A stretch of 64,000 nt of DNA from the human T2T-CHM13v2.0 reference genome, Homo sapiens (GCA_009914755.4 CP068257.2:36960001-37024000); one strand, 5' to 3'; shown: positions 1-15,507, counted from the stretch's first letter. The notes: generated by a model not told the origin, from the sequence alone. Made by a program: numbers and translations.

Positions 1-3000
1 TTCAGTGCCAGTTCCTTGAGCGCTAAGGGCTCCACACACATTTTCTCATTTCATTCCAACCACGACTCTGAGAGCTGTCATTCCCATTGTCCAGCTGTGG
101 ACGTCAAGACTCATAAAGGTTACTGATTTGTCCAGGATCACCTGGTTAATAAGCGACAGAACCAAACTTCAAATCAGATTAGGCTATCTGACTCCAGAGC
201 CCAAAAAAAATTTGGTTTGACTTAATTAGCCGGTATCAACCCACATTTTGAAGGGACATTTTAAAACACCGCTTAAATAAATTAAATTTAAAGATGCCTA
301 TAATCCAGGAATTTTCCAGAAATAAATACTTCATCCAATATATTCCTTTATTCAAATTATAAAGCAGCATGTTCTGACCACTGTCTGTGCCCTCCCCTTC
401 CACCGAGCCAGTCTCCAACCTCCCTTTGCTGTCACAGGCCCCAGGGCTGACCTCTACAGATGGGCTCAGCAGGGTGCCTTGCCTCCTGGCCACCTGTCAG
501 GGTTGGTTGACGTGGCCCCCTCTGGAGAGCAGGGGTGAGAGGAGAGGGGTATCTCTTCCCCTCACCTTCCCACCACCGACACCTGCCGCCCAACCTCCCT
601 GGGCGCTTGGTTATGGTTCTGACTGCAGCTGGATTCTAGGGGGACCTCTCCCGTCATGGGGCCCCTCCTTCCAGGCTCCAGCCTCCAGTACCTGGTCCCC
701 AGCCAGTCTCTGGTGCTCTGCAGATCTCAGCCAAGCCATCAGTTCTTTTTTGGCACTAAAAATGCCTTTTTTAGTTTACATTTTTAGAAGCCATCACTTG
801 CTTTTTATCACCTGTAGTTTTTTGTTTGTTTTCTCCTTTACGATGGCTCTTTGCAGTAACAAATGCAAAATAAAAATAAACAATATGATTACAGATCTTG
901 AGACATTTTCGAAGGCTGTCTTTCAAATTTGCTACTGAGCGCATTACTGTAGTGACAAGTGAAAGCATTCACAGGAGTCCTCCCCACATTCACATCTGTC
1001 CTTTCTGACCTCTCACGGTACAGGCACACCCATTCCAACCCAATCGCCTCTCATGAAGAGCATCTACCTCCAGATCTGCATGCTCCACATCTGTCTTCAG
1101 TCTCCCTGGAGGCCTCCCAAGATTGGCGGAGCTTGGCTCACCAAGAAGATGACATGCTGGGAACCTTAGGCATTTTTTTTCTATAACCAAATTTCTAGGT
1201 CTTGGAAAATATGTACTTCCCCCCACCCCCACCCCCAGGCCTAAAGTCCCTCTGGGGGATGAGAGTTACTGAAAGTACAGAGGGAGTGAAGTGCAGTCCT
1301 GAAATTGAACCGGGAAGCAGATGAAGGTGACCAGGCTCCTGGTGCTCTCGTGGGAGAAGAGGCTGGGAGAGGATGGGGCCTGGCTGAAGGTTTCTGGGAG
1401 CATAGGAATCCTCAACTCCCCTTATCCTAAGAGCAGCAGGTGCCACAGGAAAACACCACTCTGCTCCTGGGGTCATTCAGCCCGGAAGGGGAGCGTCTGC
1501 AAGCCATCCTCACAAAGGGAGGGCGTCCCACTGCACAACCCTGCTCTGGGGAGCACATGGCTATTTCCGTATGTCTGGACATTCTCTCTGGACTAGTTCA
1601 CTCCGCACAGTTCCTCCCTGCCTGCACACACATGCTGACGCTCACACCAGGGACTGAAGCTCGTCCCCCTCCCCTCAAACCCAGGCTGACCTGTGGCTGC
1701 CTCTGACCTGCAGAACACAGCAGAGGGAAGGTTTCAGGAGTCCCAGGCTCAGGCCTTTATGGAAGTGGGAGCTTCCCCTTCCTGCCTCCTGAAACCAAGT
1801 CCCCATACCCTCAGCAGCACAGCACATGGCAGAGGACCGAGTGCCCAGTGGGGCAGCCAGCACCAACGCCAGGCCCGGGAGGGAGTTGTCCTGGACAGTC
1901 CAGAGAACTGACTCTCAGATGACCACGGCCCCTGCCGACATCAGGGAGGCAGCTTCCAGCTGAGTCCAGTCAGCCCACAGAATCATGACCAATAATAAAT
2001 GGGTTGTTGTACTAAGCTGCTAGGATTTGGGGTAGTTTATTACACACACAGGTCATTGAAACACCCTGTAAGTGCTCTAGAGGCACGGAGAAGATAGAGG
2101 GTAAATAGCTTGTTTCACTGTCACTATGGATAAGTACAAAGATGGTTCCAACACTCAACTCCTCCTGTACCCATGCTTTTTGCCACATAACTTTGTGATT
2201 CTTCCCATTAAAGAGGTAGAATTACTTCCCAACCCTTATTTTTGGGCGGCCTATATGATCTGCTTCAGCCAACAGGCAGTAGCAGAAAGACAAGTATGAC
2301 AGATCCTAGCTGAAGCCTCAGGAGGCAGGACATGTTCCCCTTTGCTTTTCTGTAACTTTCCACCAGCATGGGAACATGGCCAGATGCATGCGGGAGGATG
2401 AGAGGTACCTGAGGCAGAGTCACCCACCCCAATCACCCCACCAAGACTACGTTTGATCATCCCATAGACAACCAAAACCCCAGACATGGGAGGGAGGCAA
2501 CCAGACCAGCCGCTAGCCAAGTCCAACCAGAATGGCCAACCCACAGGCTCATGGCTGAATAAGTGCTTACTGCTTGAAGCCACTGAAATTTGGGGAATTT
2601 GTTACACAGCATTTTTGTGACAATAGATTACTGACATACACTTTGCAATGTACAATCAGATTACCGAGATCTTCGTTAAAATTTTTCTAGCCAGTGATAA
2701 AAGGAGACTCAAACAGGGCATTTCAAAGGAAGCCACTTCATCCCAACACAGAGACATAATATTTCCACTCACCTACGAGACATGATCTCAAACCCTAATC
2801 CTGCCCTCAAAATGGGTTTGGAAACTGAAGGATAACCAAGAAACCTCCACCAGAAGCCTCCATGGGATTCCCAGAGCCCTTCCCAGGAGCAACTGAATTC
2901 TCACTTCACATGATGCCCTGCCAGCCTCCCCTGGATTCCAAAAATCAAAACATCCTTGGATATCCAAGACCGCAGCAACATCATAGAAGTTACAGCAGCC

Positions 3001-3450
3001 ACTCGGTCTGTAAACAACCAAGACATAAACTAAATGAGCAACTGTTTGAGTCTCTTGTTTCTTATGGGGAAGTTTTGAGTACTCAGGTTGCATCAAGTAT
3101 AAAATGACAGGGAAGGGAATAGATAGAGATTCCAGATGCAACACAGTCCTGATCCTTGAGGGATCGAGATGGGAAACAGATCTGTTTCATACAGATATGA
3201 AGCGGTCAGTCCTGAGAGCAGGCAGTTAGTGGAGGTGCCCAGTGAGGCGTGTGGATATACCTAGAGGAAAGAGAGAGCTGATTCATGCAGAGACAAGAGG
3301 GTGCCACCAAGGAGCCTTGATGAACAAGAAGCATGAGGACTGGAGGAAAGAGGGTGAAAGGCATGAAGCAGGGAACCTAAGTTTCTCCCAGCTCTGCCAC
3401 ATTAGAGACCAAGGGCGTATGAGCTTCTCACACCGCCACCACCAGAGTGA

Positions 3451-3894
<444 letters not shown>

Positions 3895-4028
3895 TAATTT
3901 TTTGTATTTTTAGTAGAGACGGGGTTTCACCGTGTCGGCCAGATGGTCTCGATCTCCTGACCTCGTGATCCACCCACGTTGGCCTCCCAAAGTGCTGGGA
4001 TTACAGGCGTGAGCCACCACACCTGGCC
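3895..4028 (-). mobile_element. Alu left-monomer-like unit (~134 bp) fused head-to-tail to the full Alu at 3602-3894.
   Basis: Reverse complement reads GGCCAGGTGTGGTGGCTCACGCCTGTAATCCCAGCACTTTGGGAGGCCAACGTGGGTGGATCACGAGGTCAGGAGATCGAGACC...CTACTAAAAATACAAAAAATTA, which is a left arm plus the mid A-rich linker. One 15-bp direct repeat, tctctgactcttttt, flanks the combined 3602-4028 unit (3592-3606 and about 4031-4045). Confidence 0.75.
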
Positions 4029-5537
4029 CTCTCTGACTCTTTTTGCAGCCATTTGAGTGCCTGTTCTTTTTTACCATTTCAGAGGTATTTTATGGATTTT
4101 TTAAAGAGTACTTCTAATTTACTTTTGTGTTCCTAATGGTCATTTCTCAAATATGTAGTAGTTGGTAACCAAACAAACTAAAACCATACTAAAAATTTTT
4201 AGTAGTTGGTGATAGTTTCATGTCACTGTAGGAACCTTTTTATTTTCTATTTTACCTGCCTTTGAACCCTTGCAGAACTTCACTCTATGTTGATTGAAAA
4301 TCATTTCTTTAATACTTGTTTCTTGCAATAAACTCATTTGCTAAGGTATATACTTCCATATGATTTTGTGTTTCATGACCCAGCTATATTTTATTATTGG
4401 GTATCTTAAAGAAACAAAAAAGGCCTTAACAATAACAGAATTCTACTTGTGTCACTTCTTTGTTTTTGTTTTCAAAATGCCAATGTCTTACTAAATAGAA
4501 ACAAATTTGATTTGAATTACGTAAGCTCTAACCACATAAAAAAGATGGACTGGTACCCAAGGTAGAAGGGAAAATAAGCATTTTGTAATTATGGAGGCAG
4601 TATTGCAAAATGGTTAAGAGAAGGCCTAAATATTTGCAGGGCTGGTGCAAGAAAATAGATGGAAGTTTGAGACCCCTCGACCCTACCCCTCCTCTCTTCT
4701 CAAACCCAATTGTGTTCTGCGGGTTAGGGGATGCATATAGTCACGTGGACATCCCGATCCACATGGCCACACTCCATTCAGCAATGCTCCCTGCTCATCT
4801 TTCAGACCCAGGGAAACACACACAAGATCTTCCCAAGAAGATGAACTCCAGGAAACAGGCTGGTGCAGCCCAAAAGATGCTCAGTCAAGTTTGGAAAGGC
4901 ACTCTGGGTGCCCCAGCACCTGGGGCATGTCCTGGAATGCGGATGGGTTCAGCTGGGGAGGGCAGGAATGGGGCCTAGAAGGCATAGGCAGGACGCTGGG
5001 CTGGGGGCAGTGCTCGATATGAGCACAGTGCAGAGCCAGATGAGGGATGGAAATCAGATCTGCCACTTACTCCTTGGAAACCTGTAAATGATCACTTTAT
5101 CCTCCAAGAGCCTTAGTTACACATTTGCACAATGAGGATAATATTACTGTAGTATAATAAGAACTCCATTTGCCCTTGTCTCTCGTTTCTGGCATGGAGC
5201 TCCTAAAACTCTGGGAATTTCCCAAGTGATGGGAGCATCTTTTGTTCTAAGAAGGCAGCAGGTTGGTGAGTCCCTAGATAGCTTCAGGATGGGGGCTAAT
5301 TGCAAGAAAGAGTGAGTCTTGATTAGATGCTCAGAACTTTCAGCCCCATTTCCCAACCTCTCAGGAGAGGAGAGGAGCTAGAAATTGAGTTGATCCCCAG
5401 TGGCCAGTGATTTAATCAATCCTGCCTATGTAACAAAATCTCCATAAAATACCCTGACGGGGTTAGGACAGCTTCTGGGCTGGTGAGCATATTGGTATGA
5501 AGAGTGTGGTGCAACCCAATGCTAAAGGGACAGAGGC

Positions 5538-5911
<374 letters not shown>

Positions 5912-6516
5912 TCATATGCTTAATAATAAACTGTAATCATAAGAGCATAGCGTTTTCCTGAGTTCTAGCAAGTTGTTGCACCTAAAAGGGGGGTTGTGGG
6001 AACCCCCAATGTTGTAGCCATGTCAGACAGAGTGTAGGTAACCTGGGGACCCAATACTTGTAACTGGCATCTGAAGTGAGGACGGTGTTGGGGAGCTCAG
6101 CCCTTAAACCCATGTGCTAACTTCCGGTAGTCAGTGTCAGAACTGAATTGAACTGTTGGACACCCAGTTGGTATCAGTGTTGAATGACTGGTTGGTACTG
6201 GCGAAGACATGATGTATTTGGTGTTGGGAAACATGAATAAAAATTTGTAAAACCTCCAAACGACGTTCAGCAATTCACAAAGGTGTCAGTGCAAGAGTTG
6301 GCCTGTATCTATTCTAACTGGTCAGTATGCAAGTTGAACCATTGTTTGATTATCTCCTCTGTCTACACCATCAGGCTTTTGTGAGGATTAAACTAAATTA
6401 TGCCTCAGAAAGAAAACTCTCTCAAGGCTAGGCACATAATCAACACTAAACAAGTGGTAATCATTATAATTAAGAAAGTAAAAATATTTCAAATGGACGA
6501 TTTTGATACTGTATAA

Positions 6517-6726
<210 letters not shown>

Positions 6727-7329
6727 TAAATAAATTGCTAATTTTCATAAGAGCCCTTTGTCAACTGACTAAAAACATCCTTAATTTAGAAATGTATTTT
6801 TTAGTTTTAAGATAACTAGTCATTAAGTGAAAACATTGTAGGCAAAATGGCTCTAAGCAATTTAGTATTCATAGGAATGAATCCATTCCTTGAAAGCATT
6901 GGTCGCTGGGTGCACTTGTCCTGGATGAGCAGATATTAGGCAAATCAGTCTTTCACCAGCAAACCCTGCCATAAGAACTGCACAGGCCTGATTCCTGCCA
7001 AGCACACCAGGCCCCTGACTGGGGCAGAGGCCTCCCTTATGGGGCAGGAAGAAGGAGGCAGGGAGAAACATAGGGCCCATGATTTAAGGAGGCTCTCCCT
7101 CTCGGGCTCATGCAAGTGCAGGATCAGTACCTAAAGGGGAGCACCGCCCGAAATCCTGTGCCCCAGTCACCTTAACCCAGTCCAGCCCTGGCTCCTGCAC
7201 TCCAAAGCTAAGCAGGGAATACCAGCGGGAGACAGAAGACAGCATGAGAAACTGAATGCATCTCCACATTTATCTAAAAATAAGAAACTGGACTTCTTCA
7301 GTAGGAAATGGCTTATCTTTCCAAATGAA

Positions 7330-7745
7330 TAAAAATACTTATAGCTATGGGTTGAATTGTATCAATTCTCTCCCCCAGTTCATGCATTGGAGTACTAACC
7401 CCCGGTCCCTCGGGATGTGATGATAGAGAGGTAGGGCCTTTACAGAGGCAATCAAATTAAAGTGAGGTCATTAGTGACCTAACCCAATGTGACTGATCCA
7501 CTTACAAAAAAAGGGACAAGATTTAAAGACAGACCTGTATAGAAGGACGATGGTGTGAAGACACAGGGAAAAGACAAAAGAGGCCTGGAACAGATTTTCC
7601 TCAAAGCCCTCAGAGGGAACCACTTGGGCTGACACCTTGATCTTGGACATCCAGCCTCCGGAACGGTGAGATGATGAATTTCTGTTGTTTTAAGCTACCC
7701 AGTTCATGGCAGTTTGTTACAACAGCACTGGGAAAGGAAATCACC
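7330..7745 (+). repeat. Interspersed repeat fragment, probably a MaLR-type LTR (MLT1-like).
   Basis: Contains the motif ...caccttgatcttggacatccagcctccggaacggtgagatgatgaatttctgttgttttaagctacccagttcatggcagtttgttacaacagc, which I recall as characteristic of MLT1/MaLR LTR 3' halves. Family assignment is from memory and uncertain. Confidence 0.4.
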
Positions 7746-9304
7746 TCTATGGAGGGACTTACGAAAGTCACTTAACTAATGCAGATTAGAGGCCTCACAG
7801 TCAGGGCATGGCCTCAAGAGCCACATCCATTTTAATTGTACCATTTCTCACTGAACTCTGACCCTGGTCAAGGCATGTCTCAGGCTCCATGGACTACTAT
7901 TCCTTCCACTGATCGACCCTGGCTTCATTCTGGCAAGGGAGGGACTCATACATTCTGCGGCCTGCATGAGTGTCATGTGAGCACCCCCATAACCTTGATC
8001 CCTGCGGTGCTTCTCCAGGGGAGCCCTAGCATTCCAGCTGGCCTCATGGGCATGCCTTAGAGAGAGGGAGCTGACCCTCTCCTTCTTCAACTGGATTTTA
8101 TTTTTATTTTTTGGCATGTTTTGTGAATACAAAGATTCACTGCCTGGGTGTGCCCCTTGAAAGAAGGTTTCAATTGCATTCAGGTGAAATAACCACAAAA
8201 TGACTGTAAGCCAAATGTAGTAGTATGATAGAAAAATGGAAATATCGTAAAAGCACCAGTCTGTAGACACCTAGCTTCTGGTTCCTCTGGAAAAGGGAGA
8301 AGAGAGTAGACAGTGATGGAGAAAAGAGGGGCTGTGAAGACTATAGAACTGAGAAGGCAGTAATTCTAAAATCTCCACACTGTAGGGCCAGGAACAGGCA
8401 GTGCTGGGCAATGGGGCATCTTATCTCAGGGAAGTCAAGGGTGTCATGTAGAACCAACATAATTCATCCAAGTACAGCAAAGAATCCAGAAATGGTCTGT
8501 GGAGGTTTGGAACCATGAAAATCAAATAGGAAAGATACAAAATATTTACATATCCACATTTTTTAAAAGGGGTCCTGACTAGGCAGCATAAGATTATTTG
8601 GGTTCTGTTCATTTTACCTTTAGTTGCCCTTGGTTCTGCCATCTTTTTTCTCTGTGAGTCATTTGTCTTGCTTTTGGTCAACACGGCTTTCCTCGGGTCT
8701 CCAAAGATCCTGGAATAACCTGAATATAAGTTGAAGAATATTAAACCTTATTTTGTTTTCAAATATTAATACCAGGGATCAACTGTACATGTACCGACAA
8801 AACCTATTTCTTAAACATTATTTTAAAATATCCTAAAAGGGGAAAGAACTTAAATCCTTCCCCTTAAAAAAAGAGGGGACAACATTCCTCTCCTCTGAGG
8901 GAAGCCCAGCATTATGAAGCAAAAATCGGGAGTGAAAGCAAGGCCAAGCCTAACTGGCATGCTGAAGCACACAGATGCTTTTGCACAGAAAATATTTTGA
9001 AAATGTTTTCTTTTCCTTATAGCCCCCAGCTTTGGTAATAATGGCTTCCCTAGATCATTCTGTTAGCACTTTCTGCTGCTCAGAACAGGGTAGTGGGATT
9101 TAGAATTTAGAAAACATCCCGAGAACTGTAATTAAGCAATTGTCATAGTCCCAGAAAAGAAACAACCCTTTTACTTTGTAAATGCTAGGAGGATCTGTAT
9201 TTTTTAAAATCTTAGAACACTAACTAGCTAAAAAGATAGAAAGAAAAAAATCTTTCTTACAATATGCCTGTAGCACGGCTCCAAAATCCAGTCCCTCTCT
9301 CTCT

Positions 9305-9306
<2 letters not shown>

Positions 9307-9342
<36 letters not shown>
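9307..9342. repeat. Poly(T) mononucleotide tract of 36 nt, preceded by a short (CT)n.
   Basis: Direct read: ccctctctctcttc followed by 36 T. No Alu or L1 body abuts it. Confidence 0.95.
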
Positions 9343-9346
<4 letters not shown>

Positions 9347-9959
9347 TACAGGAATTTCTTACACAACTTTCCAAGTAAAATATTCAATCCCCAAATAATA
9401 TATTTAGTAGAATCCTTACAACATGAGAAATTGTAAATGGCATCTGTTTCCGTTGAAAATATTTTTAAATTAGAAAACATCTTAAGCACTGCATCAAATC
9501 AATATTTGTAATGGGCAGAATTATTTCTAAATGGTTCCACAGGCCAGTTGACATTCCCACTCTACTTAGGAAGCCCCCAGCCAACTCCACCTGAAGTCTT
9601 CGAAACCTATGCATAGAGGCAAATTGCCCAGATGTCACAGAAAAGCATTTGTTGTGATACAGAAAATAAAACACATTACTGGGGGAAAAAAATCAGGGTA
9701 CTAAACCACGTACATAATATCATCCCAATATTGCACAAAGAAAAAAAAATAAGTGGATGAAATAAAAGAGGGAAGGCAGGAAAGGAAAGAGGATGACCTG
9801 AGAAAAGTTATCAAAATGGTTAACAGTCATGGTCTTTGGCTTTCCAGTGTGAAATAGGAGTTCTTATTTTCCTCTTTTTAAAATATTTTTAAAATTATTT
9901 ATTTTTTAAACCAACTAATAAAAGTAATATATATTTACCGTGTACAACATTATGTTTTG

Positions 9960-9961
<2 letters not shown>

Positions 9962-9992
<31 letters not shown>
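9962..9992. repeat. (TA)n dinucleotide microsatellite.
   Basis: Direct read: atatatatatatatatatatatatatata. Confidence 0.95.
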
Positions 9993-9995
<3 letters not shown>

Positions 9996-10004
9996 GTTGG
10001 AATG

Positions 10005-10870
10005 GCTAAAGTAAGCTAATTAACATCTGCATTACCTCACATACTTATTTTTTTGTGGTGCGAACACTTGAAATCTACTCTTAGTGATTTTCAAGAATAT
10101 AATGCATTGTTATTAACTACAGTCAATAGATCATAGGTCTATTCAAGTTCAAGTCACAGATCTCTTGAAATTACTCCTCCTGTCTAACTGAAATTTTGTG
10201 TCCTTTGACCAACATCTCCCCAGTTCCCCTACGCTCAACATCACTAATCATCAAGGAAATGCAAATCGAAATCATGATGAGTGTCATCTCACACCTGTTA
10301 GAATGGCCATTATCAAAAAGACAAGTGTTGGTGGGGATGTGGAAAAAGGGAACTCTTGCCCACCGTTGGTGGGAACGTAGATCAGTACAGTCATTATGGA
10401 AAACAGGATGGAGGTTCCTCAAAAACACAAAGATCAATTACAAAACAAAATACTATATGTTTTACAAATGTACTACAACTCAATTTGGTATGTATTACAA
10501 ATCAAAATACTACATGATTGCTGGCAATCCCACTCTGGAGATAGATCCAAAGAAAATGGAAAATGAAATCGGTATGTCAAAGAGGTACCAGCCCTCCCAA
10601 ATTCATTACAGCATTATTCACAACAGACAAGGTATGGCATCAACCTAAGTGTCCATCAACATAAACGCCCATAAAGAAAAGTGGTGCACATACACAACGG
10701 AACACTATTCAGCATTTAGAAGAGAAATCCTGTCATTTGTGACAACATGAACAAACCTGGAGAACTTTATGCTAAATGAAATAAGCCAGGCACAGAAAGA
10801 CACATACTGCATCCTCTCACTTATACATAGCATCTGAAAAGTTGAACTCCTATTTCCTTCTTTATAGTTT
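10005..10870 (+). mobile_element. LINE-1 fragment of an old L1M-type subfamily, covering the ORF2 C-terminal region.
   Basis: Recognisable L1 ORF2 motifs: ...aaggaaatgcaaatcgaaatcatgatgagtgtcatctcacacctgttagaatggccattatcaaaaagacaag...gtgttggtggggatgtggaaaaagggaactcttgcccaccgttggtgggaacgtag...gtgtccatcaacataaacgcccataaagaaaagtggtgcacatacacaacggaacactattcagc. These align to the consensus '...agagaaatgcaaatcaaaaccacaatgagataccatctcacaccagttagaatggc...' as I recall it. The copy is diverged and has stops in all frames. Confidence 0.7.
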
Positions 10871-10893
10871 TGTGTATTTTCCAAATTTTCTAA

Positions 10894-11407
<514 letters not shown>

Positions 11408-12470
11408 AAAGCTGTGCAAATCTTGAGTTAATAAACATGTTCCCCAAATCCAAAAGCCAATATTGACTATTGCTTGGTTAACTGTTTTGCATGGATAAGT
11501 GGTTAAAGGAGTATTTGGTTTCCAATTTCTGCAAAGGGAATAAAAGTTTTAAAAGCGTGAACTAAGATTTCCTATACTATGCTATTCTATAGTAGGTTTT
11601 TATGCCAAAACCTCTACTAGGCTGAAAGGATAATTTGATTTATGGTTGAGACATTGTTGGGCCTGATTTAAAGCCCAGAGTCAAGCCCAGAGAGGATTCT
11701 CTTAAATATGTGCAATGGGTATTTTTAAATTAGCATTATGGCGTTATTAATATTTCATTTATCCTGAGAGCATTTACCTGACAACGTAAATTATGTGTAA
11801 CACAGCTGAGAAGCCACAAAGGATCCAAAAAGATGTCACGAAGTCCACGAAGAGAAGCTTTGCCAGAGAAAGGCACACTACCAGCCGCGTGAGCTGGCCT
11901 CATCAAAGCAAAAAAGTCAGAAAATTATGTAAACCAGACTCAAGAACTCAAAAATACAGTCGTTTGAGAACATTGGTAAGAGTGCAAACTGCTCACCCCA
12001 GCTCAATCACCCCTGGTCCAGCAACGGCAGAAAGCCAAGGTCAAGGAGTCACATGACCTGAAGAGACACCCCCCACCACCACCACCACCCTCCAAGCCCT
12101 GCCCCTGGCCAGTGGGACAAACCACATGACCCCTGGGATTCAGTATTCAGTCAGGTTCTGTGTTCTGTATGGGGAGGTAGAAGAAGGCACCAGATCATCA
12201 GGAAATCTGGACTGGAAATGGCCAAAGCTGAACACATCTGAGTACCTGAAGGGTAAGCTTAAGGTGTCAAAGCAGCCATGGTGAGGCAGAAAGAACCTTG
12301 AGCTTGGGGCCCCAAGTTTATGCTGACCCACTAGCAGCCAACAAAACCTCCCTCAGCCTCAGTTTGCTCATCTGAAAACTGTGAGTAAGAGGCTCTGACT
12401 CCAGAGAGGTGGTGCAAGTTCAATGAGAAGGGGTTGCTGATGGTCCAGATGGACAGATGCAAAGCACTGC

Positions 12471-12784
12471 TTTCTGTTTTTGTCTTTGTTTTGATACAGG
12501 ATTCTCTCTGTCATCCAGGCTGGTGTGCAGTGGTGTCAATAGCTCACTGCAGCCTGGACCCTCCCTGGCTCAAGTGATCCTCCCACCTCAGCCACCCAAC
12601 TAGCTCAGACTATAGGAAAAAGAGTCATGCACCACCATGCCTGGCTAATTTTTAAAAAAAAATTTTGGAGACATGAGATCTCACTATTTTGTCCAGGCCA
12701 ATCTCGAACTCCTGGCCTCAAGCAATCCTCCTCTCTCAGCCTCCCAAAGTGCTTGGATTAGAGGGGTGAGCTACCATGCCCAGC
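12471..12784 (-). mobile_element. Alu SINE of an older, AluJ-like diverged subfamily.
   Basis: Reverse-complement Alu architecture with many substitutions, for example ...ggattctctctgtcatccaggctggtgtgcagtggtgtcaatagctcactgcagcctggac... and ...gggtgagctaccatgcccagc. Confidence 0.85.
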
Positions 12785-14302
12785 AAAGGCATTGTTAAAT
12801 TCAGGAATGAATGACCACCTTGTTCCCCAAAACACTAGACAAGAGAACCATTCTCTACGCACAGATCTCCCTGGCCACCACGTGTAAGCAGCAGTGAATA
12901 TTCCATAGGTGGAACTGGCTACTGTGAAGAAAGAAAACTCCAGAAAAGCTACCCTCACTCCAAGAAGTAGCCTGGACCCCACGTGCGTGACAGCAGCCTG
13001 GGGAGAAGGCTCCACTCCCACCAGCAATGCCAAGGACAGAGCAGCAGCAGCCGTCCATCCCCACAGTTATGGTGAACACAGCCACAGAGCAGCCTGCTTT
13101 TTCCATGTATAGCCACACACAGGTGGCAATGGCAGCAGACATAACTGGCTGCCCTTCCTCCCTTATGGAAGGAAACATAATTTTGCTTGGGTGTTCTGCC
13201 TGCCCCCACATGACCCACGGAGGATGACCAGCCCCAACACCAGTGTAAATCCTATCACTGGGCACCATCTCTTCTCACCACGGATTGGTTTAGGGAAGGG
13301 CACATGATATAATTCTGGTCAGTCTAACACTCGGGGAAGCGAGCTAGAGGACTTCTAGGAAAAGTGTTGGCTGATGAAGAAAGGCCATAGAGTAGTAGTC
13401 CTGTCTGTGTGGCACTTGGAACTGTGAGAGCCATCCCAGGACCATGAGAAGAGGTCACCTGAGGATAAAACCAATGTGCTGTGGATATCTGGGGGAAAGG
13501 AGGGAAGTCCTTGTGTTTCTACCTATGGTAGGGAAGAGTATAAACCAACTCTGAAGGCATCTCATGGCAGGGCAGCTAGGCACATCAAATGCATTTTCCT
13601 TGTTAACTAAACCATTTTGAATTGGGGTCATTTTTGTTGTTATTGTTATTACTGGCAGCAAAAGTATCCCATACACTCTAGTAGCCATGTTCAAAAAAGT
13701 CGCTTTCAGCTCTTTTACCATCTGTATCCATAGTCACGCAGACACGCTGAGTATGCTCTTCAGTTCTAATTTTAAAATAAAATGATCTGCTGGAAATTAG
13801 CTCAGCTCATAGATCTCCATACTTACAACACTGTATCTAAGAATTAGTAAATAACTATTACCATGATAAGTGGCCTATCTCAGTCTATCCACATGTTGAG
13901 TGTCCAGGTACTGGAGGTGGCATGGAACCTCCCCTCAATAAACAAAGGCTATGATGAGAGGTTATACTTTAAATTAAATTACTGAGTGGAGGCATAATGT
14001 GGTGAGGGTCACAAGAGAGGTACCAAAGATGCAGCAACAGAGCAGTTGATGGGCACTTAGCATTTCAGTAAGTGGGAATGGGGAGGAGAGCAGGAAAGGT
14101 GGAGGAAACAGATGAGGAGAGGAAAGAAGGGAAGTGTTCTCCAAGGAAGCACGCTGCAGGGAAAGAGTCTTTCACCTGTATGTCCCACAAGGCACAGAGT
14201 ATGAACTCAGAAATGTTGAATGATTTGTCTCTATAATTAAGGGATGATTTCACTGATAATGTTGTCTTCTTCCATGATCTAAATTCAACCTGCCCTTCAA
14301 AT

Positions 14303-14483
14303 CCATTCATTCATACAATTGTTCATCCATCCATCCATCCATCCATCCATCCATCCATCCATGTATTCATGTATTCATTCATCTATCCATCCATGTATTC
14401 ATCCATCCATCATCCATGTATTCATCCATCCATCCACCCATCCATCCATGTATTCATCCATCCATCTATCCATCCATCCATAC
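14303..14483. repeat. (TCCA)n / (TCCAT)n-type simple repeat, imperfect.
   Basis: Direct read: catccatccatccatccatccatccatccatg tattcatg... It accounts for the artefactual 'IHPS' ORF at 14319-14531. Confidence 0.9.
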
Positions 14484-15195
14484 GCACTGAGTTCCCTCCA
14501 TGTGCCAAGCACTGAGCTAAACACTAACTAGGGTTGGGCTTTGCCAATGAGTTCAGAGCCTAGTGAGAGAGACAGAGTTGTAAAGAAAAAAATCACAAAT
14601 GCCAACTCCCCCATTGCCTTGCTTGATCCTCAATGCCAGAGTGTAGCCTGGTTGAGCATGACAATCAGCTGGAGAGCTTTTTAAAAACAGAAATTCTGCA
14701 ATCCTTCCTCTTTTTTCTTTATTGGAAAGTCCAGGGGTGAAAGGGGCAAAAGAGTCTAAGTGGGAGTTAGGGAGGCAGAAGAGGATTGAAGGCAGTGTCT
14801 GAAATATTTTCAGACTGAGAAGGAAAAGGAAAACAGCCAAGAACACAAGGAGGAGCAGTCAGAGCATAAGGAGGAAACTAGGAAAGATCTAAGTCATGGA
14901 AGCCAAGGAAGGACATTCAGTAAGATGGAAAGTTCAGTGTCGCAACTGCAGAGAGATTCATGTCCAGGAGAAAGTCATTCAACCAACCATACGCATTGAG
15001 AACAGGTCCTGGATTTGGCAACTTAAAACCTCTTGCTGTCCTCTAAAAATGTTGTAGGAGCCTGACAGCATTAAGCCAAATGGCTCAGTAGTTAAAAACA
15101 GGGAGGATATGCAAAGGGCAATGTAGGCTACTCATGGAAGAAGTTGAGCAACAAAGTTAGGGAGGGAGTGGCAGTTCAAAGAAAAGCACTAATGC

Positions 15196-15507
15196 CACAG
15201 GGTGCAGTGGCTCATGCATGTAATCCCAGCACTTTAAGTCAGGAGTTCAAGACCAGCCTGGCCAACATGGTGAAACCTTATCTCTACTAAAAATACAAAA
15301 ATTAGCCGGGCATGGTGGTGGACACCTGCAATCCCAGCTACTCAGAAGGCTGAGGCAAGAGAATCACTTGAATCCAGGAGGCAGAGGTTGCAGCAAGCTG
15401 AGATTGCACCACTGCACTCCAGCCTGGGGGACAGAGTGAGACTCCTCAAAACAAACCAACCAACAAACAAACAAAACCAAAAAAACAATGAAAACAAAAA
15501 TGAAAAG
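15196..15507 (+). mobile_element. Alu SINE with an internal ~22-bp deletion and a long (CAAA)n / A-rich tail.
   Basis: The Alu body runs 15196 to about 15447 and lacks the GGGAGGCCGAGGCGGGCGGATCAC segment. The tail is aaaacaaaccaaccaacaaacaaacaaaaccaaaaaaacaatgaaaacaaaaatgaaaag. TSD gaaaagcactaa at 15181-15192 and 15503-15514. Confidence 0.85.

Noticed and set aside
387-938. 183-aa ORF at the start of the window.
   Set aside because: Pro/Ser/Leu-rich low-complexity translation of a C/T-rich stretch. It ends in AT-rich sequence and has no supporting signals.
2050-2640. Possible second MaLR/MLT1-like LTR (…aagccactgaaatttggggaatttgttacacagca…).
   Set aside because: Only a short motif resemblance. 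I could not delimit the ends or confirm the family by eye, so it is left unannotated.
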